DNA of 32,000 nt from Acinetobacter wanghuae (GTDB lineage: Bacteria; Pseudomonadota; Gammaproteobacteria; Pseudomonadales; Moraxellaceae): contig NZ_CP045650.1 in assembly GCF_009557235.1 (NCBI RefSeq), forward strand, positions 1,560,001 to 1,592,000, written 5' to 3'. Position 1 is the stretch's first letter, and the number at the start of each line of letters is the position of its first letter. The notes below the pieces were generated by a model. It was not told the origin of the DNA. It was given only the letters and a program-made list of their open reading frames with translations, and searched no databases. Shown here piece by piece: positions 8,267 through 17,561 of the stretch. A program made the position numbers and the translations under genes.

Positions 8267-10258
8267 ATGAGCTTATTAGGTAAGTTAGGTCCAGATGCAA
8301 TTCCTTACGATCCAATCGTATTGGTTACAGTTGCAATGATGATCTTAGGTGGTCTTGCTGTTGTAGCAGGTATTACCTACTTTAAAAAATGGAACTACCT
8401 GTGGACTGAATGGTTCACATCTGTAGACCATAAAAAAATTGGTATTATGTATATCTTCGTATCGATCGTCATGCTTTTGCGTGGTTTCGCCGATGCGATT
8501 ATGATGCGTCTTCAACAGTTCCTTGCAAAAGGTGGTGGCGAAGGTTATTTACACCCAGAACATTACGATCAGATCTTTACTGCCCATGGCGTAATTATGA
8601 TCTTCTTCGTGGCAATGGGTCTTGTTGTAGGTTTGATGAACATCTCTGTACCGCTTCAAATCGGTGCACGTGACGTTGCATTCCCATTATTAAACTCTTT
8701 GAGCTTCTGGTTATTTGCCGGCGCTGCGGGTCTAATGATGGCATCTCTTGCACTTGGTGAATTCGCTGCAACTGGTTGGATGGCTTATCCTCCACTATCA
8801 GGCATTGAATACTCTCCAGGCGTTGGTGTTGATTACTACATTTGGGCACTTCAGGTCTCAGGTCTTGGTACGCTTCTTACTGGTGTTAACTTCTTTGTTA
8901 CCATCATCAAAATGCGTGCTCCTGGCATGAAACTGATGGATATGCCGATTTTCACTTGGACATCTTTATGTACCGCTGTGTTAATCATTGCATCATTCCC
9001 TGTGTTGACTGCAACAATTGCAATGCTTTCTCTTGACCGCTACTTCGGTTTCCATTTCTTCACCAATGACATGGGTGGTAGCCCAATGTTGTATGTGAAC
9101 TTGATTTGGACTTGGGGTCACCCAGAAGTTTATATCTTGGTATTACCAGCATTCGGTATTTACTCAGAAGTGGTTTCAACGTTCTCTCGTAAAGCGTTGT
9201 TCGGTTACAAATCTATGGTGTATGCAACCATCGCGATCACAGTACTTGCGTTCGTGGTATGGGTTCACCATTTCTTCACTATGGGTGCAGGTGCCAACGT
9301 TAACGCGTTCTTCGGTATCATGACCATGGTTATTGCGATTCCTACAGGTGTGAAAATCTTCTCTTGGTTATTCACAATGTACAAAGGTCGCATCAGCTTC
9401 ACCACACCTATGCTTTGGACACTTGGCTTCCTTGTGACTTTCGGTATCGGTGGTTTAACAGGTGTGTTAATGGCAGTTCCACCAGCGGACTTCTTTGGTA
9501 CACAACTCGTTATTCTTGATCGCTCACTTCCATAACGTAATTATTGGTGGTGTAGTGTTTGCAATGTTCGCAGGTATCATCTTCTACTGGCCGAAAATGT
9601 TCGGTTGGAGACTGAATGAAACTTGGGGTAAAGCAGCGTTCTGGTTCTGGTTCTTCGGTTTCTACTTTGCATTCATGCCACTTTATATCCTTTTGGTTTC
9701 ATGGGTATGACACGTCGTTTGAATACATTTGATAACCCTGAATGGGACCCGTATGTAAACATCGCAATGTTTGGTGCTGTTCTGATTCTATTCGGTATTT
9801 TGTGTTTCGTTATGCAAATCGTAGTTGGTTTCTTACAACGCGAACAACGTTTAGATCTTACAGGCGATGCATGGGATGGCCGTACTTTAGAATGGGCAAC
9901 ATCTTCACCTGCTCCGTTCTATAACTTTGCTCACCTTCCTAAGATCAATGGTATTGATACTTTCTGGAATGACAAAGAAGCCGGTATTGCTTATGTAAAA
10001 CCTACGTCTTATGAAGACGTGCATATGCCGACAAATCGTGCAGCGGGTATCGTGATTGGTCTAATTATCACTGTTATGGGCTTTGCATTAATCTGGCACA
10101 TTTGGTGGTTAGCAATTGCAAGTTTCGTTGCTGCAATCATCAGCTTCATCGTTTCTTCGTTCACGAAGAAAGTGGACTACTATGTTCCTGCTGCTGAAGT
10201 TGAGCGTATTGAAAACGAACGCTATGCGATCCTTGAAAAACACTTGAAGAAGGACTAG
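8267..10258 (+). pseudogene. cyoB: Cytochrome bo3 ubiquinol oxidase subunit I, interrupted by two frameshifts into three fragments (8267-9535, 9495-9710, 9701-10258)
   Basis: All three fragments carry consecutive CyoB sequence: ...[15 protein letters not shown] | [19 protein letters not shown]...FMPLYIL | GFMGMTRRL...TLEWATSSPAPFYNF. Fragments 1 and 3 share a reading frame and fragment 2 is shifted by +1. The junctions fall at the T-run 9494-9496 and at TTTTGG 9691-9696. Confidence 0.85.
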
Positions 10259-10261
10259 GAC

Positions 10262-10882
10262 ATGGCTGACGTACTTCATCACGAAACTCATGGACACGAT
10301 GAACATCATCATCACGATGATACTGACATCACTGTCTTTGGTTTTTGGACTTACTTGATGAGTGACCTTGTACTATTCGGTACACTCTTCATCGCTTTCG
10401 CTGTTTTAAGTAGTCATATTCCAGTGGGCACGCCTTCTGCGAAAGACCTCTTTGGTGATTCACTCGGTTTTGTATTAACTGAAACCTTCGCCCTGTTGAT
10501 TTCTTCTGTAACCTTTGGTTTTGCAGTACTTGCTGCATACAAAAAAGACGTTTCAAAAGTATTAACTTGGTTAGCAATTACTTGGGTATTTGGTGCTTGC
10601 TTCATCGGCATGGAGCTTTATGAGTTCTCTCATTTAGTTCACGCGGGTCATGGCCCGAGCACTTCTGCATTCCTTTCTGCGTTCTTTACGTTGGTTGGTA
10701 CGCACGGTATCCACGTGACTTCAGGTTTGGTGTGGATGATTGTATTGATGATTCAAATCAAGAAATATGGTTTGACTCTTCCAAATACACGTCGTCTAGC
10801 GTGCCTAAGCTTGTTCTGGCACTTCCTTGACATCGTTTGGATCTGTGTATTCAGCGTCGTTTACTTGATGGGAGTTCTCTAA
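10262..10882 (+). CDS. cyoC: Cytochrome bo3 ubiquinol oxidase subunit III
   Basis: The 206-aa product has a His-rich N-terminus followed by [10 protein letters not shown] and five hydrophobic helices. Its position after cyoB fits the operon order. Confidence 0.93.
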   Translation: MADVLHHETHGHDEHHHHDDTDITVFGFWTYLMSDLVLFGTLFIAFAVLSSHIPVGTPSAKDLFGDSLGFVLTETFALLISSVTFGFAVLAAYKKDVSKVLTWLAITWVFGACFIGMELYEFSHLVHAGHGPSTSAFLSAFFTLVGTHGIHVTSGLVWMIVLMIQIKKYGLTLPNTRRLACLSLFWHFLDIVWICVFSVVYLMGVL

Positions 10883-11214
10883 TGAGTCATGATCATAACG
10901 CTGCTGGTGCATCACACGGAAACACAAAACAATATACGATTGGTTTTATCCTTTCAGTATTGTTGACTGTGATTCCTTTCGGCATGGTAATGGCAGGCAT
11001 GGGCGAAACTAGCCGTGGTCTGGTTATTGCTGTTGTCGCGATTACAGCTGTTGCTCAGATTCTTGTACAATTAATTTATTTCTTGCACATGAATTCATCT
11101 TCAGAGCAACGTTGGAACGTGATTGCATTTGTATATACAATCCTATGTATTGCTGTTCTATTGATCGGTTCTGTGTGGATTATGAATTACCTACACTACA
11201 ACATGATGATCTAA
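10882..11214 (+). CDS. cyoD: Cytochrome bo3 ubiquinol oxidase subunit IV
   Basis: 110-aa product with three TM helices. Its start overlaps the cyoC stop (TAATG). The ORF-track start at 10837 was trimmed. Confidence 0.88.
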   Translation: MSHDHNAAGASHGNTKQYTIGFILSVLLTVIPFGMVMAGMGETSRGLVIAVVAITAVAQILVQLIYFLHMNSSSEQRWNVIAFVYTILCIAVLLIGSVWIMNYLHYNMMI

Positions 11215-11224
11215 ACTGGTCGTC

Positions 11225-12103
11225 ATGCTGAGAAACTATTTATTCCTGACTAAACCAGGAATTCTCTTCGGTAACTTCGTTACCACTTTGGGTGGCTACT
11301 TTGTAGCTGCCCAAGGTTCTGTAGATTTCCTTCTCCTGCTGATTACTCTACTCGGTACCACCCTCGTTGTGGCATCAGGATGTGTGGTCAATAACATTAT
11401 TGATCAGGACATCGACCAGAAAATGCAACGCACACAAAAACGTGCTGTTGTTATTGAAGCTGTTTCCGTCCCTGTTGCTTTAGTTTTTGCTTTAGTTTTG
11501 GGTGTGATTGGCTTTAGTATTTTATGGTTTTGGGTAAATGCTTACGCTTTCCTCTTTGCCGTTATTGGTTTTGTTGTATATGTTGGTTTTTACAGCCTAT
11601 GGACAAAACGAACAACGATTCACCAAACTGTTGTGGGTAGTCTTTCTGGTGCAGCTCCGCCTGTGATCGGTTATACAGCTGTCACAAATCAATTTGACGT
11701 GGGTGCATTAATCATTTTCATTGGTTATGCGCTGTGGCAAATGCCACACTCATGGGCAATTGCAGTTTACCGTTTTGACGATTATAAAAATGCAGGCATT
11801 CCTATTTTACCTGTGGCTCGTTCAATTTATCGTACCAAAGTTGAATCACTGATTTATGTGATCCTCTTTACGATTTGCATGAATGCGCTATATGTATATG
11901 GCTATGCAAATGTTCTGTATTTAATCGTGGTTAATGTACTGTGCTTATACTGGTTATATTTGAGTGTTCTTGGTTTTAAAGCCGAAAATGATCAACTATG
12001 GGCGAAAAAGTATTTTCTGTTTTCAGTGATACTGATTACCATCGTCAGTGTATGTTTCAGTTTTACCTCTACTGCACCTAGTGTGGTTCAGGTTATTTTT
12101 TAA
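11225..12103 (+). CDS. cyoE: Protoheme IX farnesyltransferase (heme O synthase)
   Basis: 292-aa polytopic UbiA-family protein (NNIIDQDIDQKMQRTQKR motif). It is the last gene of the cyo cluster. Confidence 0.92.
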   Translation: MLRNYLFLTKPGILFGNFVTTLGGYFVAAQGSVDFLLLLITLLGTTLVVASGCVVNNIIDQDIDQKMQRTQKRAVVIEAVSVPVALVFALVLGVIGFSILWFWVNAYAFLFAVIGFVVYVGFYSLWTKRTTIHQTVVGSLSGAAPPVIGYTAVTNQFDVGALIIFIGYALWQMPHSWAIAVYRFDDYKNAGIPILPVARSIYRTKVESLIYVILFTICMNALYVYGYANVLYLIVVNVLCLYWLYLSVLGFKAENDQLWAKKYFLFSVILITIVSVCFSFTSTAPSVVQVIF

Positions 12104-12133
12104 GAAGATAGAGTTCTACTCTATCTTTTTTTA
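12104..12133 (+). terminator. Rho-independent terminator of the cyo operon
   Basis: AGATAGAG-TTCTA-CTCTATCT followed by TTTTTT. Confidence 0.85.
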
Positions 12134-12260
12134 TATCTGCTTTAAATATTCTTAAAATCCCCTTCTCAAATATTCCATTCTTAAAGAAAATCACTTTTGC
12201 ATTTTCTAAATTTCCAAATGCTATGAAAGTTGTTCAGATTTGATAAAAATCGTTATTGGC

Positions 12261-12289
12261 TTGAATTTGTCAGTAAAAAGCACTAAAAT
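12261..12289 (+). promoter_or_regulatory. Candidate sigma70 promoter of the rpsF operon
   Basis: TTGAAT, a 17-nt spacer, then TAAAAT, about 115 nt upstream of the rpsF ATG. This is a sequence pattern only. Confidence 0.45.
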
Positions 12290-12403
12290 TCACGCTTCGC
12301 TTTTAATAGCGACACAATCTATCAATTGCTATTGCTTAAGGTTGTGACTCCTTGCTTCAATTTAATTATGAATTGGGGCTGCCTAAACCGTAAGGAGCTG
12401 ACA

Positions 12404-12790
12404 ATGCGTCACTACGAAATCGTACTATTGGTACATCCAGACCAAAGCGATCAAGTTGTGGGAATGGTAGAACGTTACCTAACTCACATCAAAGAAGCTG
12501 AAGGTCAAATCCACCGTCTAGAAGACTGGGGTCGTCGTCAATTGGCTTACCCAATTAACAAGATCCATAAAGCTCATTACATTCTTATGAATGTTGAGTG
12601 TGGTCAAACGACTCTTGATGAACTTGAAGAATTGTTCCGTTACAACGACGCAATCATTCGTAGCTTGATCATCCGTCGTGAAAATGCAATCACTGAAGAG
12701 TCATTGCTTGCTAAAAGTGCTGAAGAAAAGCGTGCGCGTAAAGCTCAACGTGAAGAAGCACAACAATCTCAAGATTCTGCTGAAGCATAA
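12404..12790 (+). CDS. rpsF: 30S ribosomal protein S6
   Basis: AAGGAG lies 6 nt before the ATG at 12404. The [19 protein letters not shown]-terminus is present, as is an acidic C-terminal tail. Confidence 0.96.
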   Translation: MRHYEIVLLVHPDQSDQVVGMVERYLTHIKEAEGQIHRLEDWGRRQLAYPINKIHKAHYILMNVECGQTTLDELEELFRYNDAIIRSLIIRRENAITEESLLAKSAEEKRARKAQREEAQQSQDSAEA

Positions 12791-12802
12791 GGAGAACATT
12801 AA

Positions 12803-13030
12803 ATGGCACGTTTTTACCGTCGTCGCAAGTTCTGCCGCTTTACAGCTGAGAAAGTTGCGTACATCGATTACAAAGATATCGACACTTTAAAACAGTACAT
12901 TACTGAAAACGGCAAAATTGTTCCTAGCCGTATTACAGGTACTAAAGCTCGTTACCAACGTCAATTAGCGCTTGCTATTAAACAAGCTCGCTACTTGTCT
13001 TTGATCCCTTACACTGACAATCATAAGTGA
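12803..13030 (+). CDS. rpsR: 30S ribosomal protein S18
   Basis: 75-aa product ([16 protein letters not shown]...[23 protein letters not shown]). Confidence 0.96.
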   Translation: MARFYRRRKFCRFTAEKVAYIDYKDIDTLKQYITENGKIVPSRITGTKARYQRQLALAIKQARYLSLIPYTDNHK

Positions 13031-13039
13031 GGTTGAGCT

Positions 13040-13486
13040 GTGGATATTATTTTATTACAACGCATTAAAAACCTTGGTAAATTAGGCGATAAAGTTTCAG
13101 TTAAAGCTGGTTACGGCCGCAACTACCTTATCCCTCAAGGTCAAGCAGTAGCTGCTACTGAAGCAAACACTGCTGCATTTGAAGCTCGTCGCGCTGAACT
13201 TGAAAAAGCTGAAGCTGACGTGTTAGCTGCTGCTCAAGCACGTGCTGACCAATTGAACGAAGTGAACATCGTAATCACTGCTAAATCTGGTGATGAAGGT
13301 AAACTATTCGGTTCAATCGGTACTCGTGATATCGCAGACGCATTAACAAATGCTGGTCTTACTGTTGACCGTGCTGAAGTTCGTCTTCCAAATGGCGCAC
13401 TTCGCAACACTGGTGAATTCAACATCGCAATCCAATTGCACCATGATGTTGTTGCAGAAGTTCTCGTTACAATCGTAGCTGAGTAA
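13040..13486 (+). CDS. rplI: 50S ribosomal protein L9
   Basis: 148-aa product with a GTG start 7 nt after GAGG. The [34 protein letters not shown] block parallels E. coli L9. Confidence 0.95.
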   Translation: MDIILLQRIKNLGKLGDKVSVKAGYGRNYLIPQGQAVAATEANTAAFEARRAELEKAEADVLAAAQARADQLNEVNIVITAKSGDEGKLFGSIGTRDIADALTNAGLTVDRAEVRLPNGALRNTGEFNIAIQLHHDVVAEVLVTIVAE

Positions 13487-13496
13487 TTTCTCACCC

Positions 13497-13530
13497 GAAA
13501 AAGAGCATGCATTCGCATGCTCTTTTTTTA
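13497..13530 (+). terminator. Rho-independent terminator
   Basis: GAGCATGC-ATTC-GCATGCTC followed by TTTTTTT. Confidence 0.85.
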
Positions 13531-13704
13531 TCTGTATAAAATCATCAAAGCCATACCTGTCTAAAAATTATTATTTTGTCCGCTTAAATTAAAAAAATAG
13601 GCTTCGCATTTTTTTATAGAGCGCGTATGATTTCCATTCGTAGTGAATAAAAGCTATTCATCTCCGATAATGTTTAACCATTGTATTTAAAATCAGGGAT
13701 TTAT

Positions 13705-15147
13705 ATGTCACAGGCGAATGCCAGCAAAAAGCAGAACAACGCTAAAGCTGAAACCAATATCGAGAATTCGAGTCTCAAAGAGTTTCGCACCCCACCCCAC
13801 AATTTAGCGATTGAACAAGCTGTACTTGCTGCATTAATGACCGTTGCCGAATCTTTCGAGCAAGTCGGTGATGTGCTGACTGAAAATGATTTTTATGCAA
13901 CCCGTCATAAATATATTTTCCGAGCAATTGATCAGCTCTCAAAAGAAAACTCACCTTATGATGCCGTATTGGTGAATGACTGGCTCATTAAACAAAACTT
14001 ACTTGAAGCCGTGGGTGGTGAAGAGTATTTAATGCAATTGATGGCAGATTCTCCATCAAGTTTCTATAACTTAGAAACCTATGCCGGCAAAATCAAAGAA
14101 TTTGCGACGTTGCGTAGCATGATTAAAGTCAGCTCTGAAATTTTACAAAATGCCTATGACACTAAAGGTCGTCCGGTCAGTGAAATTCTAGATTTAGCTG
14201 AAACTAATATTTTCTCGATTGCAGAACAACATAATAATAATGCCAAAGCACAAGGTCCAAAACCGATTAACTCGGTTGTGGCAGATGTATTTGATAAATT
14301 AAACGAACTGTCGCAAATGGAAGGCAGTATTACCGGCTTAACCACAGGTTTCGTCGAATTAGATAACAAAACCTCAGGTATGCAATCCGGTGATTTAATT
14401 ATTGTTGCAGCACGTCCATCGATGGGTAAAACCACATTTGCCATGAATTTGGTGGAAAGTGTCTTATTTAACAACAATCTACCTGCCCTTGTCTATTCAA
14501 TGGAGATGCCCGCTGACTCCATCGCAATGCGTTTGATTTCATCGTTTGGTCGTGTGCATCAAGGTCATTTACGTTCGGGTAAAATGGACAGTGATGAATG
14601 GTCAAAAGTGACCAGTACCATTGTGCACTTACAAGAAAAAAATCTGTATATCGATGACTCCTCTGCACTGCCGCCAACGGAATTACGTTCACGTGCACGT
14701 CGTATTGCAAAAATGCATGGCGGTAAATTGGGCTGCATCATGGTCGATTACCTTCAGCTCATGAAAGTACCCGGCATGGGCGATAACCGTGTGGGTGAGA
14801 TTTCGGAAATTTCTCGTAGCCTAAAAGCACTGGCAAAAGAAATGCAATGTCCGGTCATTGCTTTATCACAGTTGAACCGTGCACTGGAAAACCGCCCCAA
14901 TAAGCGCCCGGTGATGTCAGATTTGCGTGAATCTGGTGCAATTGAGCAGGATGCCGATTTGATTATGTTTATTTACCGTGATGAGGTTTATAACAAAGAG
15001 TCAAAAGAAGCTGGTACTGCTGAAATTATTATTGGTAAACAACGTAACGGACCGATTGGTACTGTTCGTTTGGCCTTTGAAGGTCAATACACCCGTTTTA
15101 GTAATCTCTCACCTGAGTTTTATGCTCAGTATGATGATGAAGATTAA
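13705..15147 (+). CDS. dnaB: Replicative DNA helicase
   Basis: 480-aa product, with the start trimmed to the ATG at 13705. It has PPHNLAIEQAVLAALM, the Walker A motif ARPSMGKTTFAMN, the Walker B motif IMVDYLQLM and SQLNRALENR. No intein-sized insertion is present. Confidence 0.96.
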   Translation: MSQANASKKQNNAKAETNIENSSLKEFRTPPHNLAIEQAVLAALMTVAESFEQVGDVLTENDFYATRHKYIFRAIDQLSKENSPYDAVLVNDWLIKQNLLEAVGGEEYLMQLMADSPSSFYNLETYAGKIKEFATLRSMIKVSSEILQNAYDTKGRPVSEILDLAETNIFSIAEQHNNNAKAQGPKPINSVVADVFDKLNELSQMEGSITGLTTGFVELDNKTSGMQSGDLIIVAARPSMGKTTFAMNLVESVLFNNNLPALVYSMEMPADSIAMRLISSFGRVHQGHLRSGKMDSDEWSKVTSTIVHLQEKNLYIDDSSALPPTELRSRARRIAKMHGGKLGCIMVDYLQLMKVPGMGDNRVGEISEISRSLKALAKEMQCPVIALSQLNRALENRPNKRPVMSDLRESGAIEQDADLIMFIYRDEVYNKESKEAGTAEIIIGKQRNGPIGTVRLAFEGQYTRFSNLSPEFYAQYDDED

Positions 15148-15198
15148 TATTTTAAACTTCATTATCTGTTTCTCACCTTCCCGCTAGGAGTATTCAAG

Positions 15199-16269
15199 GT
15201 GCGTCAAGCTACAGTTTATATTGACAGTGCAGCACTGCAATATAATTTAAACCGTGTCAAACAACTTGCCCCAACAGCTAAAATCGTCAGCATGGTCAAA
15301 GCCAATGCTTACGGACATGGAGTTAAAGACTGCCTAGCAGCCTTAAAAGACAGCGATGCTTTTGGTGTCGCCTGTTTAGAAGAAGCACTTGAAATTCGTG
15401 ACTTAGGCTATTTACAACCTATTACCCTGATTGAAGGCATTTTTTCATCTGATGAAATGCAAATCGTGATTGATCAAAAGATTGAATGTGTCGTTCATCA
15501 TCAACAGCAACTTGATTGGCTGATGGCGCATAAAGATGCGTATATTGCACAAAATCTAAAAGTTTGGGTCAAACTTAACAGCGGTATGAACCGTCTTGGT
15601 TTCAAAATTCACGAAATTAAAGATGTCATCAACACATTAAAAGCTGAAGGCTTTACCTGTGTTTTGGCGATGCACTTCGCCAATGCTGATGCCGATCACC
15701 CTCTGAATGATGAGCAAATTCGTCAGTTCTTAGAAGTGAAAAATGATTGCGCCCCACTCATGGGCTCATGCTGTAATTCTGCAGCAATTTATAAATATCC
15801 TGAACTGCATTTTGATTATGTACGTCCCGGCATTATGTTATACGGTGCAACGCCTTTTGCAGACCGTTCAGTGGCGGACCTCGATCTAAAACCTGTCATG
15901 ACATTTACAGCAGAAGTGATTGCTTTAAATGATATTCAAGCGGGCGAACATGTCGGTTATGGCTCTACATTTACAGCTGAAAAAGATATGACCTTAGCAA
16001 TTGTATCGATTGGTTATGGCGACGGTTATCCACGTGCCTTCCCGAAACAAAACTATGTCGCAATTAACAGTCAGCAAGTCCGTTTAGTCGGTCGTGTTGC
16101 CATGGATATGATTGCCATTGATGCCACCGGACTTAACCTACAACTTGGTACAGAAGTTGAACTTTGGGGTAAAACACGTCTTGTTGATGATGTGGCTGAA
16201 GCCAACGGTACGATTGGTTATGAACTACTCTGTCGTATGAGTAGTCGTCCAGTACGTATTCCTCAGTAA
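15199..16269 (+). CDS. alr: Alanine racemase
   Basis: 356-aa product with a GTG start 8 nt after AGGAG. It has the PLP-lysine motif VKANAYGHG and the C-terminal YELLCRMSSRPVR. The dnaB-alr adjacency matches E. coli. Confidence 0.93.
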   Translation: MRQATVYIDSAALQYNLNRVKQLAPTAKIVSMVKANAYGHGVKDCLAALKDSDAFGVACLEEALEIRDLGYLQPITLIEGIFSSDEMQIVIDQKIECVVHHQQQLDWLMAHKDAYIAQNLKVWVKLNSGMNRLGFKIHEIKDVINTLKAEGFTCVLAMHFANADADHPLNDEQIRQFLEVKNDCAPLMGSCCNSAAIYKYPELHFDYVRPGIMLYGATPFADRSVADLDLKPVMTFTAEVIALNDIQAGEHVGYGSTFTAEKDMTLAIVSIGYGDGYPRAFPKQNYVAINSQQVRLVGRVAMDMIAIDATGLNLQLGTEVELWGKTRLVDDVAEANGTIGYELLCRMSSRPVRIPQ

Positions 16270-16279
16270 TCATAGAAAC

Positions 16280-16312
16280 AAAAAAAGCCCAACATATGTT
16301 GGGCTTTTTTTT
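16280..16312. terminator. Bidirectional Rho-independent terminator between alr and the BLUF gene
   Basis: AAAAAAAGCCCAACA-TA-TGTTGGGCTTTTTTTT, with A and T tracts on both sides. Confidence 0.85.
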
Positions 16313-16317
16313 GCAAC

Positions 16318-16737
16318 TTATGCGGCTTCTTGCTCTTGTTGTACCAATTCATTCAAAAACAAATCCACATGATGCTGTTCAAATTCGTACGGCTTAAATT
16401 CATCAAAGCCCATACGCTGACACAAAACTTGAATGTCACTACGCTTTGATACGTATTTCATTGACCATTCACTAAACTTTTGTACCTCGATGTCTTTAAT
16501 TTCAAATAAACGAATATTTTCATGACGCGGATCTTTATAGAGTTTTTCAAGTAACATCTTTAATTTTTCAGCATCTCCCTCAAGACATTGAAAAAAATAG
16601 CCATCGGAAAAATACAACACACCATTAATCTGGTTTAAGGTATTGAAATTGCGTGCTTCACTTAAAATATTGGTTAAATCGGACAATAAATCCGCTTTTT
16701 TCGATTTACTTTGACTGACATAACAAAGTTGTTGCAT
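16318..16737 (-). CDS. Short BLUF-domain blue-light photoreceptor (BlsA-like)
   Basis: 139-aa product. The BLUF signature residues sit at the expected spacing: Tyr6 (LCYVSQS), Gln50 (YFFQCLEG), and Trp91/Met93 (SEWSMKY). GAGG lies 5 nt before the ATG. Confidence 0.85.
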   Translation of the reverse strand: MQQLCYVSQSKSKKADLLSDLTNILSEARNFNTLNQINGVLYFSDGYFFQCLEGDAEKLKMLLEKLYKDPRHENIRLFEIKDIEVQKFSEWSMKYVSKRSDIQVLCQRMGFDEFKPYEFEQHHVDLFLNELVQQEQEAA

Positions 16738-16807
16738 GGTTACCTCACATCATTGTTTTTATAGGTGAAACTTAGTGTAACCAAATTTAACGGACTTAGA
16801 TACGTTG

Positions 16808-17542
16808 TTAATTAAAGTATTCTTCTGTCGGGATAGGCAATTCTTGTAAACCTTTTTTCAGCAATTCAGACCATTGTCGACTAATCGTATTGAAATATGA
16901 ATCATCTTCAGAGATACGCTTGCCTTGAGGCAACTCAAGACTATCACGATGATAAACCAGCACATCGAGTGGCATACCCACCGAAACATTCGAACGTAAA
17001 GTGGATGCAAATGAAATCAGCGAACATCTTAAAGCTTCATCTAGCGGCATTTCAAAACTCAAAGCGCGATCTAAAATCGGCTTGCCATATTTACTTTCGC
17101 CAATTTGAAAATACGGCGTATCTCGCGTCGCACAAATAAAATTCCCTTGCGGATAAATATTATAAAGCTGCATATCTTGATCTTTAATTTGTCCACCCAC
17201 CAACAAACTACAATAATAATTGCTTTGTTCCATGGTGTCCGCAGTGACATTTTCAATAACTTTTTTGAGGGTACTTCCAATCAATTCAGCTACATCAAAC
17301 ATGGTGTGTAACGACAGAATATTGGGCTCCTGTCGCAATTCAAGTTGATTTTTAATATGCCCAATCACCGCTTGGGTCGTTGCTAAGTTTCCTGAAGCCT
17401 GAATGACAATGAGGCGCTCTCCCGGAATACCGAAAGTGTATAACTTACGAAAAACAGAGATATGATCCACACCCGCATTGGTACGTGTATCACTAATAAA
17501 GACCATACCTTGCTCTAAGCGAAGCGCACAACAATACGTCAT
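16808..17542 (-). CDS. Anbu-type proteasome-beta-like Ntn peptidase
   Basis: The start was trimmed to the ATG at 17542, with AGGA 9 nt upstream. The product begins MTYCCALRL, with Thr directly after the initiator Met. Asp lies at mature position 17 and Lys at 32, resembling the proteasome beta Thr1/Asp17/Lys33 set. It is the last gene of the ATP-grasp/alpha-E/transglutaminase operon. Confidence 0.8.
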   Translation of the reverse strand: MTYCCALRLEQGMVFISDTRTNAGVDHISVFRKLYTFGIPGERLIVIQASGNLATTQAVIGHIKNQLELRQEPNILSLHTMFDVAELIGSTLKKVIENVTADTMEQSNYYCSLLVGGQIKDQDMQLYNIYPQGNFICATRDTPYFQIGESKYGKPILDRALSFEMPLDEALRCSLISFASTLRSNVSVGMPLDVLVYHRDSLELPQGKRISEDDSYFNTISRQWSELLKKGLQELPIPTEEYFN

Positions 17543-17561
17543 TTTTAACATTCCTTCGAAA

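Noticed and set aside
9488-9710. The two cyoB frame changes as programmed ribosomal frameshifts.
   Set aside because: This would need two opposite-direction events within 200 nt in an essential-fold membrane protein. There is no recognisable slippery heptamer or stimulatory structure. Indels at homopolymers (error or mutation) are the simpler explanation.
8100-10330. His-rich C-terminal tail of CyoA and His-rich N-terminus of CyoC as unusual metal-binding additions.
   Set aside because: E. coli CyoA and CyoC carry comparable His-rich termini as I recall them, so this appears family-typical.
12290-12403. The rpsF 5' leader as an S6:S18 autoregulatory RNA, with small hairpins CGCT-TTTAAT-AGCG and AAGG-N8-CCTT.
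   Set aside because: It is plausible from the known biology of rpsF leaders, but I cannot verify the conserved structure by eye. A covariance-model search would be needed.
12790-12803. Absence of priB between rpsF and rpsR, compared with the E. coli order rpsF-priB-rpsR-rplI.
   Set aside because: The 12-nt gap leaves no room for a lost gene. To my knowledge the three-gene arrangement is the normal state outside the enterobacteria-like lineages, so it is not an anomaly.
16738-16782. Possible SD-sequestering hairpin (GGTTAC ... GTAACC) in the BLUF gene leader as an RNA thermometer. This was attractive because BlsA-type responses are temperature dependent.
   Set aside because: It has only 6 bp plus 2 bp across a 3-nt bulge, with an AU-rich loop of about 26 nt. 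Its predicted stability is marginal, and such pairings arise by chance.
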